Of a DNA stretch of 64,000 nt, positions 36,440 to 46,906 are shown in pieces. The translations under genes and the position numbers were made by a program. Below the pieces are notes generated by a model, which was given only the letters and a program-made list of their open reading frames with translations, did not search any database and was not told the origin of the DNA. The stretch is from the NCBI GenBank assembly GCA_050251055.1, contig JBFWNL010000004.1, positions 1-64,000 of the forward strand, given 5' to 3'. Within the stretch, counting starts at the first letter, position 1, and each line of letters begins with the position of its first letter. This DNA comes from Bacteriovoracia bacterium (GTDB lineage Bacteria > Bdellovibrionota > UBA1018 > JBFWNL01).

Positions 36440-37303
36440 TCATTTTACGCGCGCTCTTTGGTTGAGCGGGTGGGACTTCATATACTCGTCCGTGAGCGTC
36501 CCCAGATCCAGGTGCGTGTATTTCTGCGTGGTGGAAAGACGCGCGTGCCCCAGCAGCTCTTGAATGCTTCTTAAATCGGCGCCGGCCACCAAGAGATGGG
36601 TGGCAAAACTATGACGTAAGACGTGCGGTGAAGCCTCCGTGTGCGAAAGCGCGCGGATCAGGTGCCGTGACAATATTCTCGCTACGCTTCTCGCCGACAA
36701 GCGCGTGCCCCGGAAATTCACGAACAGCGGACCGCGGGCGAGACCCCGAGCCCGCAAGGCCTCGACATAGATCGTGAGCGCCTCCCGGGCCGGACGCCCG
36801 AAGGGCACGCTCCGTTGCTTGTTTCCCTTGCCCAAAACCCGTAGCCATTCCCGGGAAAGATCGACATCTGCTAGGTCCAACCCCACCGCTTCGCTCACGC
36901 GCAGCCCACAGCCGTAAAGCACTTCCAAAAGCGCGCGGTCACGCTGGCCCAGAAAACCCGAATCATCCGGCTGCTTCATGGAATCCAGCAGCTGCGCTAA
37001 GTCCTCGAGCTTCAGGAACTTTGGCAGGGGCTTTTCCCCCTTAGGGCTGGGGATCAACGCCCCGACATCGCGCTCGATCTCCCCCCGTTGACGCAAGAAG
37101 CGCAGGAAGGCTCGAATGGCGGCGAGCTTGCGGTTGATGGAAGATCTCTCATGCGTTTCAAACAGGGCCGCGAGATAGGACCTAAGGTGCTTCGCGTTAT
37201 ATCTTTTGGAGAAATCCGCTAAACTCCGAATATTATTTAACTTAAGGCTCTCAAACCACTGCCTAAGGTCGGCCTCGTAGGCGCGCCGGGTGTGGACGCT
37301 CAT
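36440..37303 (-). CDS. xerC: Tyrosine recombinase XerC-like (frame is open upstream to 37372)
   Basis: RDRALLEVLYGCGLRVSE, VLGKGNKQR, PHVLRHSFATH, QELLGH, STTQKYTH. Confidence 0.88.
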   Translation of the reverse strand: MSVHTRRAYEADLRQWFESLKLNNIRSLADFSKRYNAKHLRSYLAALFETHERSSINRKLAAIRAFLRFLRQRGEIERDVGALIPSPKGEKPLPKFLKLEDLAQLLDSMKQPDDSGFLGQRDRALLEVLYGCGLRVSEAVGLDLADVDLSREWLRVLGKGNKQRSVPFGRPAREALTIYVEALRARGLARGPLFVNFRGTRLSARSVARILSRHLIRALSHTEASPHVLRHSFATHLLVAGADLRSIQELLGHARLSTTQKYTHLDLGTLTDEYMKSHPLNQRARVK

Positions 37304-37391
37304 CCCGCGCTGCTCGCAGCTTTCGATATACCGTTGGATGTACCGCTGAATCCAGTCTTCGATTGAGTCAGTCTATGGTATGCCGCAGGGC

Positions 37392-38774
37392 ATGTCAAAA
37401 CTGGGTCCGGTCCATATTATCGGCGCGGGGCTCGCCGGCTCCGAAGCGGCCTATTTCCTGGCCCGCCACGGGGTGAAGGTCCACCTTCACGAGATGCGCC
37501 CCGTGCGCATGACCGAAGCCCATAAGACCGAAAAATTCGCCGAACTGGTTTGCAGCAATTCATTGAAATCACTCTCCCACGAGTCCGCGCCCGGCATGCT
37601 GAAGGCCGAAATGCGCGCGCTGGGCTCGCTCGTGCTCCAAGCGGGCGAGAAGGCTGCCGTGCCCGCGGGCGAAGCGCTGGGAGTCGACCGCGAGGTTTTC
37701 TCCGAGCTCATCACGGCCGTATTGAGCTCACATCCGAACATCACGATCGAACGCGGCGAGATGTCCGAACCCCCCGCGGGCGGGCCCACGCTCATCGCGA
37801 CGGGACCGCTGACCTCGCCAGCGCTGGGCAAGTGGCTCGCCACCGCGACCGGCGCCGACGACCTTTATTTTTACGACGCCATCGCACCCATTATCGACGC
37901 CACGAGCGTCGACATGAACCACGCTTTTCTGGCGAATCGCTACGACAAGGGCGAAGAACAGGCGTATTTGAATTGCCCACTCACCGAGCCGGAATACGAA
38001 AAATTCATCGACGCTTTGCTCGCCGCGGAAAAGGTCCCGCCGAAATCCTTTGAAAAAGAAATCCTCTTCCAAGGCTGCCAGCCGATCGAGTCGATTGCGG
38101 CCGGCGGGCGCGAAAGCCTGCGCTTTGGTCCCATGAAGCCGGTGGGCCTCACCGATCCCCGCACCGGACGCCGACCGTACGCCGTCGTGCAGCTTCGACC
38201 GGAAAATCGTTCGCGCACGGCCTACAATCTGGTGGGCTTTCAAACGAAGCTGAAGTACGGCGAGCAAAAGCGCGTTTTCGCGCATATCCCGGCATTAGCC
38301 AACGCCGAGTTCTTGCGTCTGGGCTCCATCCACCGCAACACGTACGTGTGCGGCCCGAAGGTTCTGCGCACTGACCTTTCGCTGAAAGGCCATCCGCTGG
38401 TATATCTTGCCGGACAGGTGACGGGCGTCGAAGGCTACGTCGAGTCGTCCGCTTGCGGGCTGCTGGCGGGACTTTTCATGCTTCAGCGCCTGGAAGGCCG
38501 GCCCCACGCGACCCCGCCGATCAACACGGCGCTGGGGGCGCTGCTGAAGCACGTCACTCAATCCGATCCGGCGAACTACCAACCGGGCAACATCCACTTC
38601 GGGCTCTTCGATCCTATTTTCTTCGAAAATCTCGTCGACAAGCGCCGCGACGATGTCCGCAAGGGCATGGCCGCGCAGGCGATCGTGAACTTCGACCGCT
38701 GGCTGGCTTCTATGCCGGGAATCCAGAAATCAAAGGGCCCGGAAGAATCATTCCCCCGGGCCCACACGAGTTAA
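37392..38774 (+). CDS. trmFO: Folate/FAD-dependent tRNA (U54) methyltransferase
   Basis: IIGAGLAGSEAA, AELVCSNS, ATGPLTS, FYDAIAP, FGPMKPVGL, HRNTY, AGQVTGVEGYVES. Confidence 0.96.
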   Translation: MSKLGPVHIIGAGLAGSEAAYFLARHGVKVHLHEMRPVRMTEAHKTEKFAELVCSNSLKSLSHESAPGMLKAEMRALGSLVLQAGEKAAVPAGEALGVDREVFSELITAVLSSHPNITIERGEMSEPPAGGPTLIATGPLTSPALGKWLATATGADDLYFYDAIAPIIDATSVDMNHAFLANRYDKGEEQAYLNCPLTEPEYEKFIDALLAAEKVPPKSFEKEILFQGCQPIESIAAGGRESLRFGPMKPVGLTDPRTGRRPYAVVQLRPENRSRTAYNLVGFQTKLKYGEQKRVFAHIPALANAEFLRLGSIHRNTYVCGPKVLRTDLSLKGHPLVYLAGQVTGVEGYVESSACGLLAGLFMLQRLEGRPHATPPINTALGALLKHVTQSDPANYQPGNIHFGLFDPIFFENLVDKRRDDVRKGMAAQAIVNFDRWLASMPGIQKSKGPEESFPRAHTS

Positions 38775-38804
38775 GACAGTAACGATTACAAGAACGACTA
38801 GAGA

Positions 38805-39596
38805 CTAGTTCACCGTCAAGCGCGCGCGCTTGCGGTTCAAGTCATACATATGCTTTTGGAACTTGGCGTATGCCTTCTTGTCGGTCGGCATCACGTCGGT
38901 CCAGGCGATCGAAGCCGACTGCACCGAGCGTACGCGAGCGCCGGCCAGGGCTGGACCCATCGCCGGGTTGAGCGCTTGGCTTGCGTCCACGAAGAACGCA
39001 ATCCCGCTCGTGCCCGGAGCGACGCCGGTATAGATGCCGGCCACGCCCTGAACGCCGTTGCCAAAGTTAAAGCTCGGGAAGAAGTTGATCGGCACGCCGA
39101 TGCCCGTGTTGAGCTGATCGATTCCGATCGCGACCCCGGCGACCGCCACTCCTTGGCCCAAGGCCAGGTAGACGCGGCTATTCGTGCTACCGCCCAGCGG
39201 GAAGACGAACACGGGGTTATTGCCGAGGCTGACTGGCAGCATCGTGCCGTTCGGTAAGAGCGCGTCGCCGACCTGAGCACCCGAAGCTTCGGTCACGTTG
39301 ATCGAAGCGACGAGCTCGGTTCCGCCCCCGCCACCAAGGACGGGACGAAGCGCGACGCTTCCATAAACGTGGTTCGGGTCATTGCGGTCCAAGATCGGAA
39401 TTTCGATCGTGGGAAGCATCAAGGCTCCCGTGCCCATCGTAGCCACGAACGAAACATAGGTATCGCCGTTCATCTGCGAGGTGTTCAGCTGGACATTGCG
39501 GATGAATCCGCCACCCTGGCCGCCTCCACCGCAGCCCATGAGCGCGACGCTCAAGGCAAACACCGATCCCACTAAGGACTTTTGAATCCCTCTCAT
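38805..39596 (-). CDS. Hypothetical lipoprotein
   Basis: Lipobox LMGC, Gly-rich beta-type sequence, AGGAGG RBS; possible sigma28-like TAAA-N16-CCCGAAGG at about 39693-39720. Confidence 0.8.
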   Translation of the reverse strand: MRGIQKSLVGSVFALSVALMGCGGGGQGGGFIRNVQLNTSQMNGDTYVSFVATMGTGALMLPTIEIPILDRNDPNHVYGSVALRPVLGGGGGTELVASINVTEASGAQVGDALLPNGTMLPVSLGNNPVFVFPLGGSTNSRVYLALGQGVAVAGVAIGIDQLNTGIGVPINFFPSFNFGNGVQGVAGIYTGVAPGTSGIAFFVDASQALNPAMGPALAGARVRSVQSASIAWTDVMPTDKKAYAKFQKHMYDLNRKRARLTVN

Positions 39597-39739
39597 ATAC
39601 CACCCTCCTGTTGTAGATATTGTTAAATTAGATTAACAATAATTGGATAATTTAACTGAACCGATTTTATCAGTCAATTAAAATGTATAGATCCTTCGGG
39701 ATGGCTATTGAAATACTTTACTCAAATATTCTTGATGAA

Positions 39740-40231
39740 CTAAACTAGTTGAGATGAAGAGGCTTTTTCTTTTTTTCGGATATAGACCGTATTCGCGACC
39801 TCAGCCACGACACGGCCGCGCTTATCTTTAAACGAGTAGAAAAACGTATGAGTGGAAGACCCCTTCGACTGGAGTGCAGTTTTGATCTGACTCACGTCAT
39901 CCTCAGAGATCGTCACAATCAGGTCCAGCCTTCCTTTACCGGGCTTCAGGAACTCGACCTTCTGTGATTTCGTCCAAACCTGCGTCCCAGGGATAATCCG
40001 CGCCAATAGAAGCACCGGCAAAGGGTCCGACACGGCGCAGATAAAACCCCCAAAAATCGTCCCGTGCATATTGCCGCTGTACCAGCGCTGGGGGAGCTGC
40101 AGGTGGAGCTTACGGTAATCCTTCGCCACGCTCTTCACGGTCACCCCCATGAAAAAGAAAGGCGGGTAGAGTTCGAGCAGCTTTTTTTCCGGGAGAAGTT
40201 TCAGCCCGCTGAGGAAGTTCACGAAGTTCAT
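39740..40231 (-). CDS. Hot-dog fold thioesterase-like protein (PaaI/DUF4442)
   Basis: YPPFFFMGV, NMHGTIFGG, SDP, VWTKSQKVEFLKPG; start moved to MNFVN. Confidence 0.8.
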   Translation of the reverse strand: MNFVNFLSGLKLLPEKKLLELYPPFFFMGVTVKSVAKDYRKLHLQLPQRWYSGNMHGTIFGGFICAVSDPLPVLLLARIIPGTQVWTKSQKVEFLKPGKGRLDLIVTISEDDVSQIKTALQSKGSSTHTFFYSFKDKRGRVVAEVANTVYIRKKEKASSSQLV

Positions 40232-40280
40232 GGCTGCCCTCATTATTGCACGATTCCGGTAGATGGGATAGCAATCCCAA

Positions 40281-41231
40281 ATGCGAAAAAGAGACTGGAT
40301 CGTGCTGTCTGGCAACTCCAACCCGGGACTTGCCCAAGCCGTCTGCCAAACGCTCGACAAGCCGCTCGCGAAGGCCGAAGTGAAGCGCTTCAGTGACGGC
40401 GAAGTCTTCATCGAGATCGGCGAAAACGTACGCGGCCGGGATGCGTACATCATTCAGAGCACGTGCCCACCCACGAACGATAACCTGATGGAACTCCTGA
40501 TCATGATCGACGCGCTCAAGCGCGCCAGCGCGAAGGAGATCACCGCGATCCTCCCATACTTCGGTTATGCGCGCCAAGACCGCAAGGTCGCGCCGCGCAC
40601 GCCGATCACGGCGCGTCTCGTGGCCGATCTGATCGCCAAAGCCGGCGCCACCCGCGTGGTCGCCGTCGACCTGCACGCGGGACAGATCCAAGGCTTCTTC
40701 GACATTCCTTCCGACAACCTGTTCGCGATGCCCGTGCTGCTCGACTACATCAAGAACGAGCTCACGAAGCATGCTCCGCTCGTGATGGTCAGCCCCGACG
40801 CCGGAGGCGTGGAGCGCGCGCGCGCCTACGCCAAACGCATCGATGCCACTGTCGCCATGATCGATAAGCGCCGCCTGCGCGCCAACGAAGCCAAGGCCAT
40901 GAACGTGGTCGGTGACGTAAAGGACATGACGGCCGTGCTGATCGACGACATGATCGACACCGCCGGCACCCTCACCGAGGCCGCCCACGCCGTGATGAAA
41001 AACGGGGCTAAAGCCGTTTACGCGGTGGCCACCCACGGCGTGCTCTCGGGCCCCGCCGTGAAGCGCATCCAGGAATCCATCATCCAACAGGTGATCGTCA
41101 CCGATACGATCCCGCTCAGCCCGGAAGCCGCGGCCTGCGGAAAGATCAAGCAGATCTCCATGGCGAAGGTACTGGCCCAGGCGATCGAGCGCATCCGCAA
41201 CTACGACAGCTTGAGCAACCTGTTCGTCTAA
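40281..41231 (+). CDS. prs: Ribose-phosphate pyrophosphokinase
   Basis: FSDGE, PYFGYARQDRK, DLHAGQIQGFF, VSPDAGG, DDMIDTAGTL. Confidence 0.98.
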   Translation: MRKRDWIVLSGNSNPGLAQAVCQTLDKPLAKAEVKRFSDGEVFIEIGENVRGRDAYIIQSTCPPTNDNLMELLIMIDALKRASAKEITAILPYFGYARQDRKVAPRTPITARLVADLIAKAGATRVVAVDLHAGQIQGFFDIPSDNLFAMPVLLDYIKNELTKHAPLVMVSPDAGGVERARAYAKRIDATVAMIDKRRLRANEAKAMNVVGDVKDMTAVLIDDMIDTAGTLTEAAHAVMKNGAKAVYAVATHGVLSGPAVKRIQESIIQQVIVTDTIPLSPEAAACGKIKQISMAKVLAQAIERIRNYDSLSNLFV

Positions 41232-41241
41232 AGGTGAGCGC

Positions 41242-41826
41242 GTGAAGTTGGTAGTCGGCCTTGGCAATCCCGGTCCCCGTTATGAAACCACCCGTCACAA
41301 TGCGGGTTTTTTGGCCGTGGATTCGCTCGTCGACCGTTGGCGGGCGCAAGGCCCCGTCACCAAATTCCAAGGCGAGGTCTACCAGGCTGAGCACAAAGGC
41401 GAAAAAGTGATCATTGCTAAGCCGCAAACGTTTATGAATGTTTCGGGCGCTTGCGTGGCCGAGCTTTTTAATTTCTATAAGTGCCGGCCGGAAGACCTCA
41501 TCGTGATTTACGACGAGCTCGACCTGCCGCCGCTCACCCTGCGCCTGAAAACCGGGGGGGGCGCCGGCGGGCATAATGGCATCAAATCCATCGATTCCCG
41601 CCTAGGCGATGCGAACAATAAATACCATCGCGTGCGCATCGGCATCGGCAAGCCCACACGCCCTTCGCAGGGCGACGGCGCTGACTACGTGCTCGCACCC
41701 TTCACGGACGACGAATTGGTAAAACTGAACGAGATCCTGGATCCCATCGGGGCGGCCGTCGAGCTGCTGATCGAGGGAAAGGCGGCGGAAGCCATGAACC
41801 GTTACAACCGGAAAGAGGAAGCATAA
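41242..41826 (+). CDS. pth: Peptidyl-tRNA hydrolase
   Basis: VGLGNPG, TRHNAGF, KPQTFMN, GGHNG. Confidence 0.97.
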   Translation: MKLVVGLGNPGPRYETTRHNAGFLAVDSLVDRWRAQGPVTKFQGEVYQAEHKGEKVIIAKPQTFMNVSGACVAELFNFYKCRPEDLIVIYDELDLPPLTLRLKTGGGAGGHNGIKSIDSRLGDANNKYHRVRIGIGKPTRPSQGDGADYVLAPFTDDELVKLNEILDPIGAAVELLIEGKAAEAMNRYNRKEEA

Positions 41827-42926
41827 TGGGTTTTCAATGCGGCATCGTAGGTCTGCCTAACGTGGGAAAATCCACGATCTTCAACGCGCTTACATCGGCT
41901 AAGGCCGAAGCGGCGAACTTTCCCTTCTGTACGATCGACCCGAACACGGGCATCGTGAAGGTTCCGGATCCCCGGCTCGATAACATCTCCCAGTACATCA
42001 AACCGAAGTCGCTCGTGCCTACCTCCATGACGTTCGTCGACATCGCGGGCCTGGTAAAGGGCGCATCCAAGGGGGAGGGTCTGGGCAACCAGTTCCTGGC
42101 CCACATCCGTGAGACCCAGGCTACCGCCCACGTCGTGCGCTGCTTCGCCGACCCGAACGTGATCCATGTCGAGGGCTCCGTGAACCCGCTGCGCGACATC
42201 GAAGTGATCGACACCGAGCTCATGCTCGCCGACCTCGAAACCGTCAGCAAGAAATTCGAAGCCACGAAAAAAGCCGCGCGCACCGGCAACAAGGACGCCG
42301 CCGCTATCTTCGGCGTCCTGGAGCCGGTGAAGAACGCGCTGGAGGCCGGCAAGCCCGTGCGCTCGCTGAAGCTGTCTCCGGAAGAACTCGCGCGCATCGC
42401 CGATTTCCATCTCATCACGGCGAAGAAAGTCATGTACGTCGCCAACGTCGACGATTCCGACCTTGAAAACCCCGACGCCAATCCGCACGTGAAAACGCTG
42501 CAGGAATACGCGAAGAAAGAAGGCTCCCCCGTGGTCGTGATCTGCGGGAAAATCGAGTCGGAAATATCCGAGCTTGGCGCCGAAGAGAAGAAGCAGTTCT
42601 TGCAAGAGCTCGGGCTGAAGGAGCCGGGACTCAACCGCGTTATCCGCGCGGGGTATGAGCTACTGGGGCTGAAAACCTATTTTACCGCCGGAGAAAAGGA
42701 AGTCCGCGCCTGGACCTTCCCCGAAGGCTTCAAGGCGCCCCAATGCGCGGGCGTGATCCACTCGGATTTCGAGCGCGGATTCATCAAGGCCGAGGTCTAC
42801 CATTACGAGGATCTGATGAAGCACAAGAGCGAAGCGGCGATCCGCGACGCGGGCGCCCTACGCCTCGAAGGCAAAGAATACGTCGTGAAAGACGGCGACG
42901 TCATGCACTTCCGTTTCGCGGTCTAG
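41826..42926 (+). CDS. ychF: Ribosome-binding ATPase YchF
   Basis: [52 protein letters not shown]. Confidence 0.98.
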   Translation: MGFQCGIVGLPNVGKSTIFNALTSAKAEAANFPFCTIDPNTGIVKVPDPRLDNISQYIKPKSLVPTSMTFVDIAGLVKGASKGEGLGNQFLAHIRETQATAHVVRCFADPNVIHVEGSVNPLRDIEVIDTELMLADLETVSKKFEATKKAARTGNKDAAAIFGVLEPVKNALEAGKPVRSLKLSPEELARIADFHLITAKKVMYVANVDDSDLENPDANPHVKTLQEYAKKEGSPVVVICGKIESEISELGAEEKKQFLQELGLKEPGLNRVIRAGYELLGLKTYFTAGEKEVRAWTFPEGFKAPQCAGVIHSDFERGFIKAEVYHYEDLMKHKSEAAIRDAGALRLEGKEYVVKDGDVMHFRFAV

Positions 42927-42938
42927 GGCCCAGCGAGC

Positions 42939-43466
42939 TTAATTGTTCTCGAATTGGTCGAGGGCGGCGTTCAGCGCCTGATCGACGAAGGGCTGACTGC
43001 AGCTGCCGCCACCGGCAGAAATCAGGACCGTTCCTGGGGAAACGCTCACGCGCTCGTCCACCGCATAGACTTCCACCCCGTTCGCGCTTTGATAAACCGA
43101 ACCGCGCGCGTCCACGCAAAGCGTGGGCGAATCCAGCTTAACGCTGTCCCGCAAGCCGATCGTATCGACTAGGCAGAAGTCGTTCGCTTGAACGACGTCC
43201 TCCCGGTATACCCCGATCACTCCCAGACTGATCCCTTGGTTACTGGATTCAACGCTCGTACCGGCGAATGATTTGCATCGCCCATCCTGGTCGGACGAGC
43301 CCGTGGGGTTCGGACGCGGATTTTGCACGGCTTGGCGGTACACGCCCAGGTCGCTGCGCATAAGCAAATCCGAACAACCATTAAAAAGAAAGAGCGCGGG
43401 AATAACCGCTAGGCGCGCAATTTGCGCGATCGGGAGAACGTGCGAAGAAACGCGTTGTTTTTCCAT
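42939..43466 (-). CDS. Hypothetical lipoprotein
   Basis: FNGC lipobox-like; several Cys; N-terminus resembles that of 2651..3223. Confidence 0.65.
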   Translation of the reverse strand: MEKQRVSSHVLPIAQIARLAVIPALFLFNGCSDLLMRSDLGVYRQAVQNPRPNPTGSSDQDGRCKSFAGTSVESSNQGISLGVIGVYREDVVQANDFCLVDTIGLRDSVKLDSPTLCVDARGSVYQSANGVEVYAVDERVSVSPGTVLISAGGGSCSQPFVDQALNAALDQFENN

Positions 43467-43553
43467 AACCCTTGAATCCTCATCCTTGCCCCCAATAACT
43501 CCTCTATTTTATCGCACCGACGGATAAAGAAAAGTAGGTCATCCGGGACACGC

Positions 43554-45911
43554 CTAAAGATAGGACGTATCGGTCTTAGGGAGGTCATTCGAGGTCGGGA
43601 ACGGTCCGCTCATGCCCCAAAAGTAATCCAGGGACTCGAGCCGTACTCCGTTCAGGCGGTAGCTGTACCAGAAATAATTTCGGATGATCGACGCGACGTA
43701 TTCGCGCGTTTCCGTGAAAGGGATGGACTCCACGAACTCGAGCAGTCCCCATTTCGGCTTCGCGGCCTGCAACCACTTCTTCGCCCGGTGTGGGCCAGCA
43801 TTATAGCCGGCCAGCGAGAGCGCGATGTTGCCTTTGAACTGACTCAACAGGGAAGCGAAGTATTTGCAGCCAACCCGCACGTTGACCTCTGGCTGCACGA
43901 CTTCCGTCTGAAAAACCGTATCGTCGGTTTCGACGGCCGTGAATGGCATGAGCTGCATGAGTCCCAGCGCGCCCGACGACGAAATCGCATCGGCTTCAAA
44001 CGCCGACTCTTGCTTGATGAGGCTCAGGACCAGCAAGGGATCCAAGCGCGCGTCCAGCGCCTGCTTCTGGATAACGTCTCGGTAGGCGAGCGGAAAGATC
44101 GAACGAAGGCCATAAGTGGAAACCAGCTCGCGGGATCCGCGCTGCAACAGCTCGCCGATGATTCGGAACGACTGCAGGTAATTCATCTGCGCGTCGTTCT
44201 GGGCCACGAGATACATCAGGTAAGGCGCCGGCAAGGCGGAGCGCGCGGACAGCTGCTGCATCTCGGTGGACGCGGCCTCGTGGGCATTCTCGGCGAAAAA
44301 CATCTCCGCCCGATCCAGGGCTTGCAGCTCCTTGGCCTCCAGGAAAGGCGCGCGCGGCTGCACCTTGGGCAGCGAGGCGTCGATGTAAGACTCCAAACGA
44401 ATGCCCGAGGCATAAGACGCCAGAATTCCGTAATAACTCAAGGGCGAGCCTTCGATCACGCTTTGGTAAGCCTTCTTGGCGTCTTCCCCCCGGCCTTTTC
44501 CCTCGAAGATCTTCCCCACCCAGAACAGGGCACGGAACTTCATCTGCGACTGCGGGAAGTCCGCCAGGAACTGTTGGAACTTATCGAGTGCGTCCGAAGC
44601 ATCGCCTTCCAGATAGGCGCCCATCGCCTCGTCGAACGCCAGGCGGTCCTTGTCGCCGGACTTGTAATCAACGAACTTCCTCCCGTAGTAAGGCGCCTTC
44701 GGCAGCTGCGTAATCTCGGGGGATAGCTTCGCCAGCTCCTTGAACTCCCGCGAAGCGTGCGGATAGATCTGCGCGATCTTCGGCACCCAGGCCGAGCAGA
44801 GGCTCGCTTCCTTCTTTTTGCAGACTTGAAAATAAGCAAGCACCGCCGGAAACGGCACCTTTACCATGAACCGCTTGGTCGGAATCCGGGAAAAGGCGCT
44901 TTCGAACTGGCGCAGGGATCCATTCCAGTCCTTTGCCCCAACCGCGGCCTGTGCCAACACGAGCTCCGCTCCCGCCACGAGCTCCGGCACGCGATCCAAA
45001 AGCGGTGAGGTCGCGTTCGCCAGCGCGATGCGCGAGGCCGACTCCATCGCGGCGCGGGCCAAACCCGAGGGTGACTTCGCCTCCGTCTTCCCTTTCTTAC
45101 CGCGCGAAGCCAACGCCGCCTGGGCTTCCCCCAGGTGGATGCTCGCTTCCAGGAAATGGGCGTAATCCGCGAACCACGGATCCGCGGTCAGGTCTTGAAC
45201 TTGCTCTCGCACGGTGCCGTATTTTTTTTTGGCCAACGCCTTAAACGCCGCGGCCAGCCGTCGCGCTGATTTATGACGCCGGTTCTTACCGATGGCATCG
45301 AGCACCTGATCGACAAACTGAGGCGTGGACAAATCGAGCTCGACGCTTAACTTCGTCGGCGCCACGGTCTCCGCCCCCTTGGCGGGCTTCGAAGCCGCTT
45401 TGCGGTTGGAAGGGGAGGCGTGGGCTTCGAGATATCCGCCCGCCAACATCAAACTCCCGGCCAATCCCACCACCGCCGTCCAAGATTTCAAGCTCGTCAC
45501 GGAAAATTCCTTCTTCACGTTCGTTAAAGCCGTTTTGCAATAACCCAGTTTCTTCCAGCCGCAAGGCGCGCATACCCGCTCATGGGCCTCGAAAGTCATT
45601 CGCTCCGCCAACCGCCGCTTCGCCTCGCGCCAGGTGTAAGTCTCGCCCGGACGCACGCCCAGGACCTCCGCATGTCCCCGATCCAACGTCTGGATCTTCT
45701 CCTCGGTTTCACATAAGCGTCCGCGGCGGTTGGGACAGGGCTCACAAATCGAATCGGTCGCCGCCTCGACCTCGATCTCGATGGCGTCACCTTGCGGCCG
45801 CTCACGCAACCGATCCACAATATCCTGGAAATTTCGGGTGAATACTTCCGAGTAACCCTTGCCTTGGAACCCCAACGCACAAAAAAAATGATGGGGCCGG
45901 AACTTCAACAT
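43554..45911 (-). CDS. DUF1284-like domain fused to TPR-containing soluble lytic transglycosylase (Slt family)
   Basis: N-terminal RPHHFFCALGFQGKGYS, DSICEPCP, CAPCGW; internal signal peptide; C-terminal IKQES, ALGLMQLMP, AGYNAG, ETREYV. Confidence 0.85.
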   Translation of the reverse strand: MLKFRPHHFFCALGFQGKGYSEVFTRNFQDIVDRLRERPQGDAIEIEVEAATDSICEPCPNRRGRLCETEEKIQTLDRGHAEVLGVRPGETYTWREAKRRLAERMTFEAHERVCAPCGWKKLGYCKTALTNVKKEFSVTSLKSWTAVVGLAGSLMLAGGYLEAHASPSNRKAASKPAKGAETVAPTKLSVELDLSTPQFVDQVLDAIGKNRRHKSARRLAAAFKALAKKKYGTVREQVQDLTADPWFADYAHFLEASIHLGEAQAALASRGKKGKTEAKSPSGLARAAMESASRIALANATSPLLDRVPELVAGAELVLAQAAVGAKDWNGSLRQFESAFSRIPTKRFMVKVPFPAVLAYFQVCKKKEASLCSAWVPKIAQIYPHASREFKELAKLSPEITQLPKAPYYGRKFVDYKSGDKDRLAFDEAMGAYLEGDASDALDKFQQFLADFPQSQMKFRALFWVGKIFEGKGRGEDAKKAYQSVIEGSPLSYYGILASYASGIRLESYIDASLPKVQPRAPFLEAKELQALDRAEMFFAENAHEAASTEMQQLSARSALPAPYLMYLVAQNDAQMNYLQSFRIIGELLQRGSRELVSTYGLRSIFPLAYRDVIQKQALDARLDPLLVLSLIKQESAFEADAISSSGALGLMQLMPFTAVETDDTVFQTEVVQPEVNVRVGCKYFASLLSQFKGNIALSLAGYNAGPHRAKKWLQAAKPKWGLLEFVESIPFTETREYVASIIRNYFWYSYRLNGVRLESLDYFWGMSGPFPTSNDLPKTDTSYL

Positions 45912-45937
45912 AAAACCCTTACGACTTTTACCGGCGC

Positions 45938-46501
45938 CTAAACCGCGAGGTTTTGGCGCAACTCCTTCAAATCCTTCACGACGGCCTCGAGCTCGGCCTG
46001 CCCGGACTTGTCGACGCCCTTCATCGCGTTCTCGATGCGCGCGATCGCGGTCGACACGGTTTCCACCTTCTTGTTCATCGACTGATCAATGCCGTCAATC
46101 AGCACATTGTAACCGTCGGCGAGCTCCTGAAAGTGGTCGTACTTGCGGAACTTGAGATTGCGGCGGATCTGCCCACCCTGCGCCGAAAGAAAAAACTGCT
46201 GCAGCTTATAAATAGGGCCGGCGATTTTATGGGAGATGAAGATGCTGATCAGGAAAGTTACGGCAAGGAAGGCGACCTCGAGCCAAATCAAAAGATTCAT
46301 CACTTCGGCTTGGTACGGCGCGATCGAGTTCACCAACTGCGAATCGCCCTGATACTTGGCGAGCTTCACGAAGCTCTCGAACAGATTCGTGATCAACAAG
46401 GGATAGACCAAGCTCAGAACCAAGAGCCAGGAGCAGACGTAGAACGAAAAACGCAGCTGGAACTTCTTGTTGATCAGAAATATGTTGCGGCGAGTCTTCA
46501 T
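45938..46501 (-). CDS. Two-TM HAMP-like membrane protein
   Basis: RRNIFLINKKFQLRF, 2 TMs, SHKIAGPIYKL, FRKYDHFQELADGYN. Confidence 0.75.
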   Translation of the reverse strand: MKTRRNIFLINKKFQLRFSFYVCSWLLVLSLVYPLLITNLFESFVKLAKYQGDSQLVNSIAPYQAEVMNLLIWLEVAFLAVTFLISIFISHKIAGPIYKLQQFFLSAQGGQIRRNLKFRKYDHFQELADGYNVLIDGIDQSMNKKVETVSTAIARIENAMKGVDKSGQAELEAVVKDLKELRQNLAV

Positions 46502-46558
46502 GGCCTAGATTTTACCTTAGCACCGCGTTGGAATGCACCACCAAAATAGGCGCCTAAA

Positions 46559-46897
46559 TCACTTACCGGGAATTCGCAGACGATCAACGGGCTGGCCACC
46601 CACGATGTGCTTTTCGACAATTTCCGCGACGTCATTAGGCGTCACGAACCCGTACCAGACGCCGTCGGGGTAGACGACGACGGAAGGGCCCGCCTCACAA
46701 ACCTCCAAGCAGCCGGCTTTTTGCGCGCGCACGACGTCACCTTTTACGCCCCGCTTGGCCAACTCCTCCTTGAAAGTTTTCAATAACGCCTCGGCGCCCT
46801 TCTCCTTACAGCAACCCCGCGGATGCCCCGGCGGCCGCTCGTTCATACAAACGAAAACATGGGCTTTGTACTGGGAATAGGCGGGGAGATTGGCCAT
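46559..46897 (-). CDS. Thioredoxin-like [2Fe-2S] ferredoxin
   Basis: HVFVCMNERPPGHPRGCC, GCLEVCEAGPSVVVYPDGVWY. Confidence 0.92.
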   Translation of the reverse strand: MANLPAYSQYKAHVFVCMNERPPGHPRGCCKEKGAEALLKTFKEELAKRGVKGDVVRAQKAGCLEVCEAGPSVVVYPDGVWYGFVTPNDVAEIVEKHIVGGQPVDRLRIPGK

Positions 46898-46906
46898 ACG
46901 GCCACC

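Noticed and set aside
36440-37303. Prophage or island integrase
   Set aside because: Sequence and trmFO adjacency fit chromosomal XerC; no mobile cargo nearby
41231-41242. Absence of rplY between prs and pth
   Set aside because: Gene-order variation is common; cannot be judged from one window
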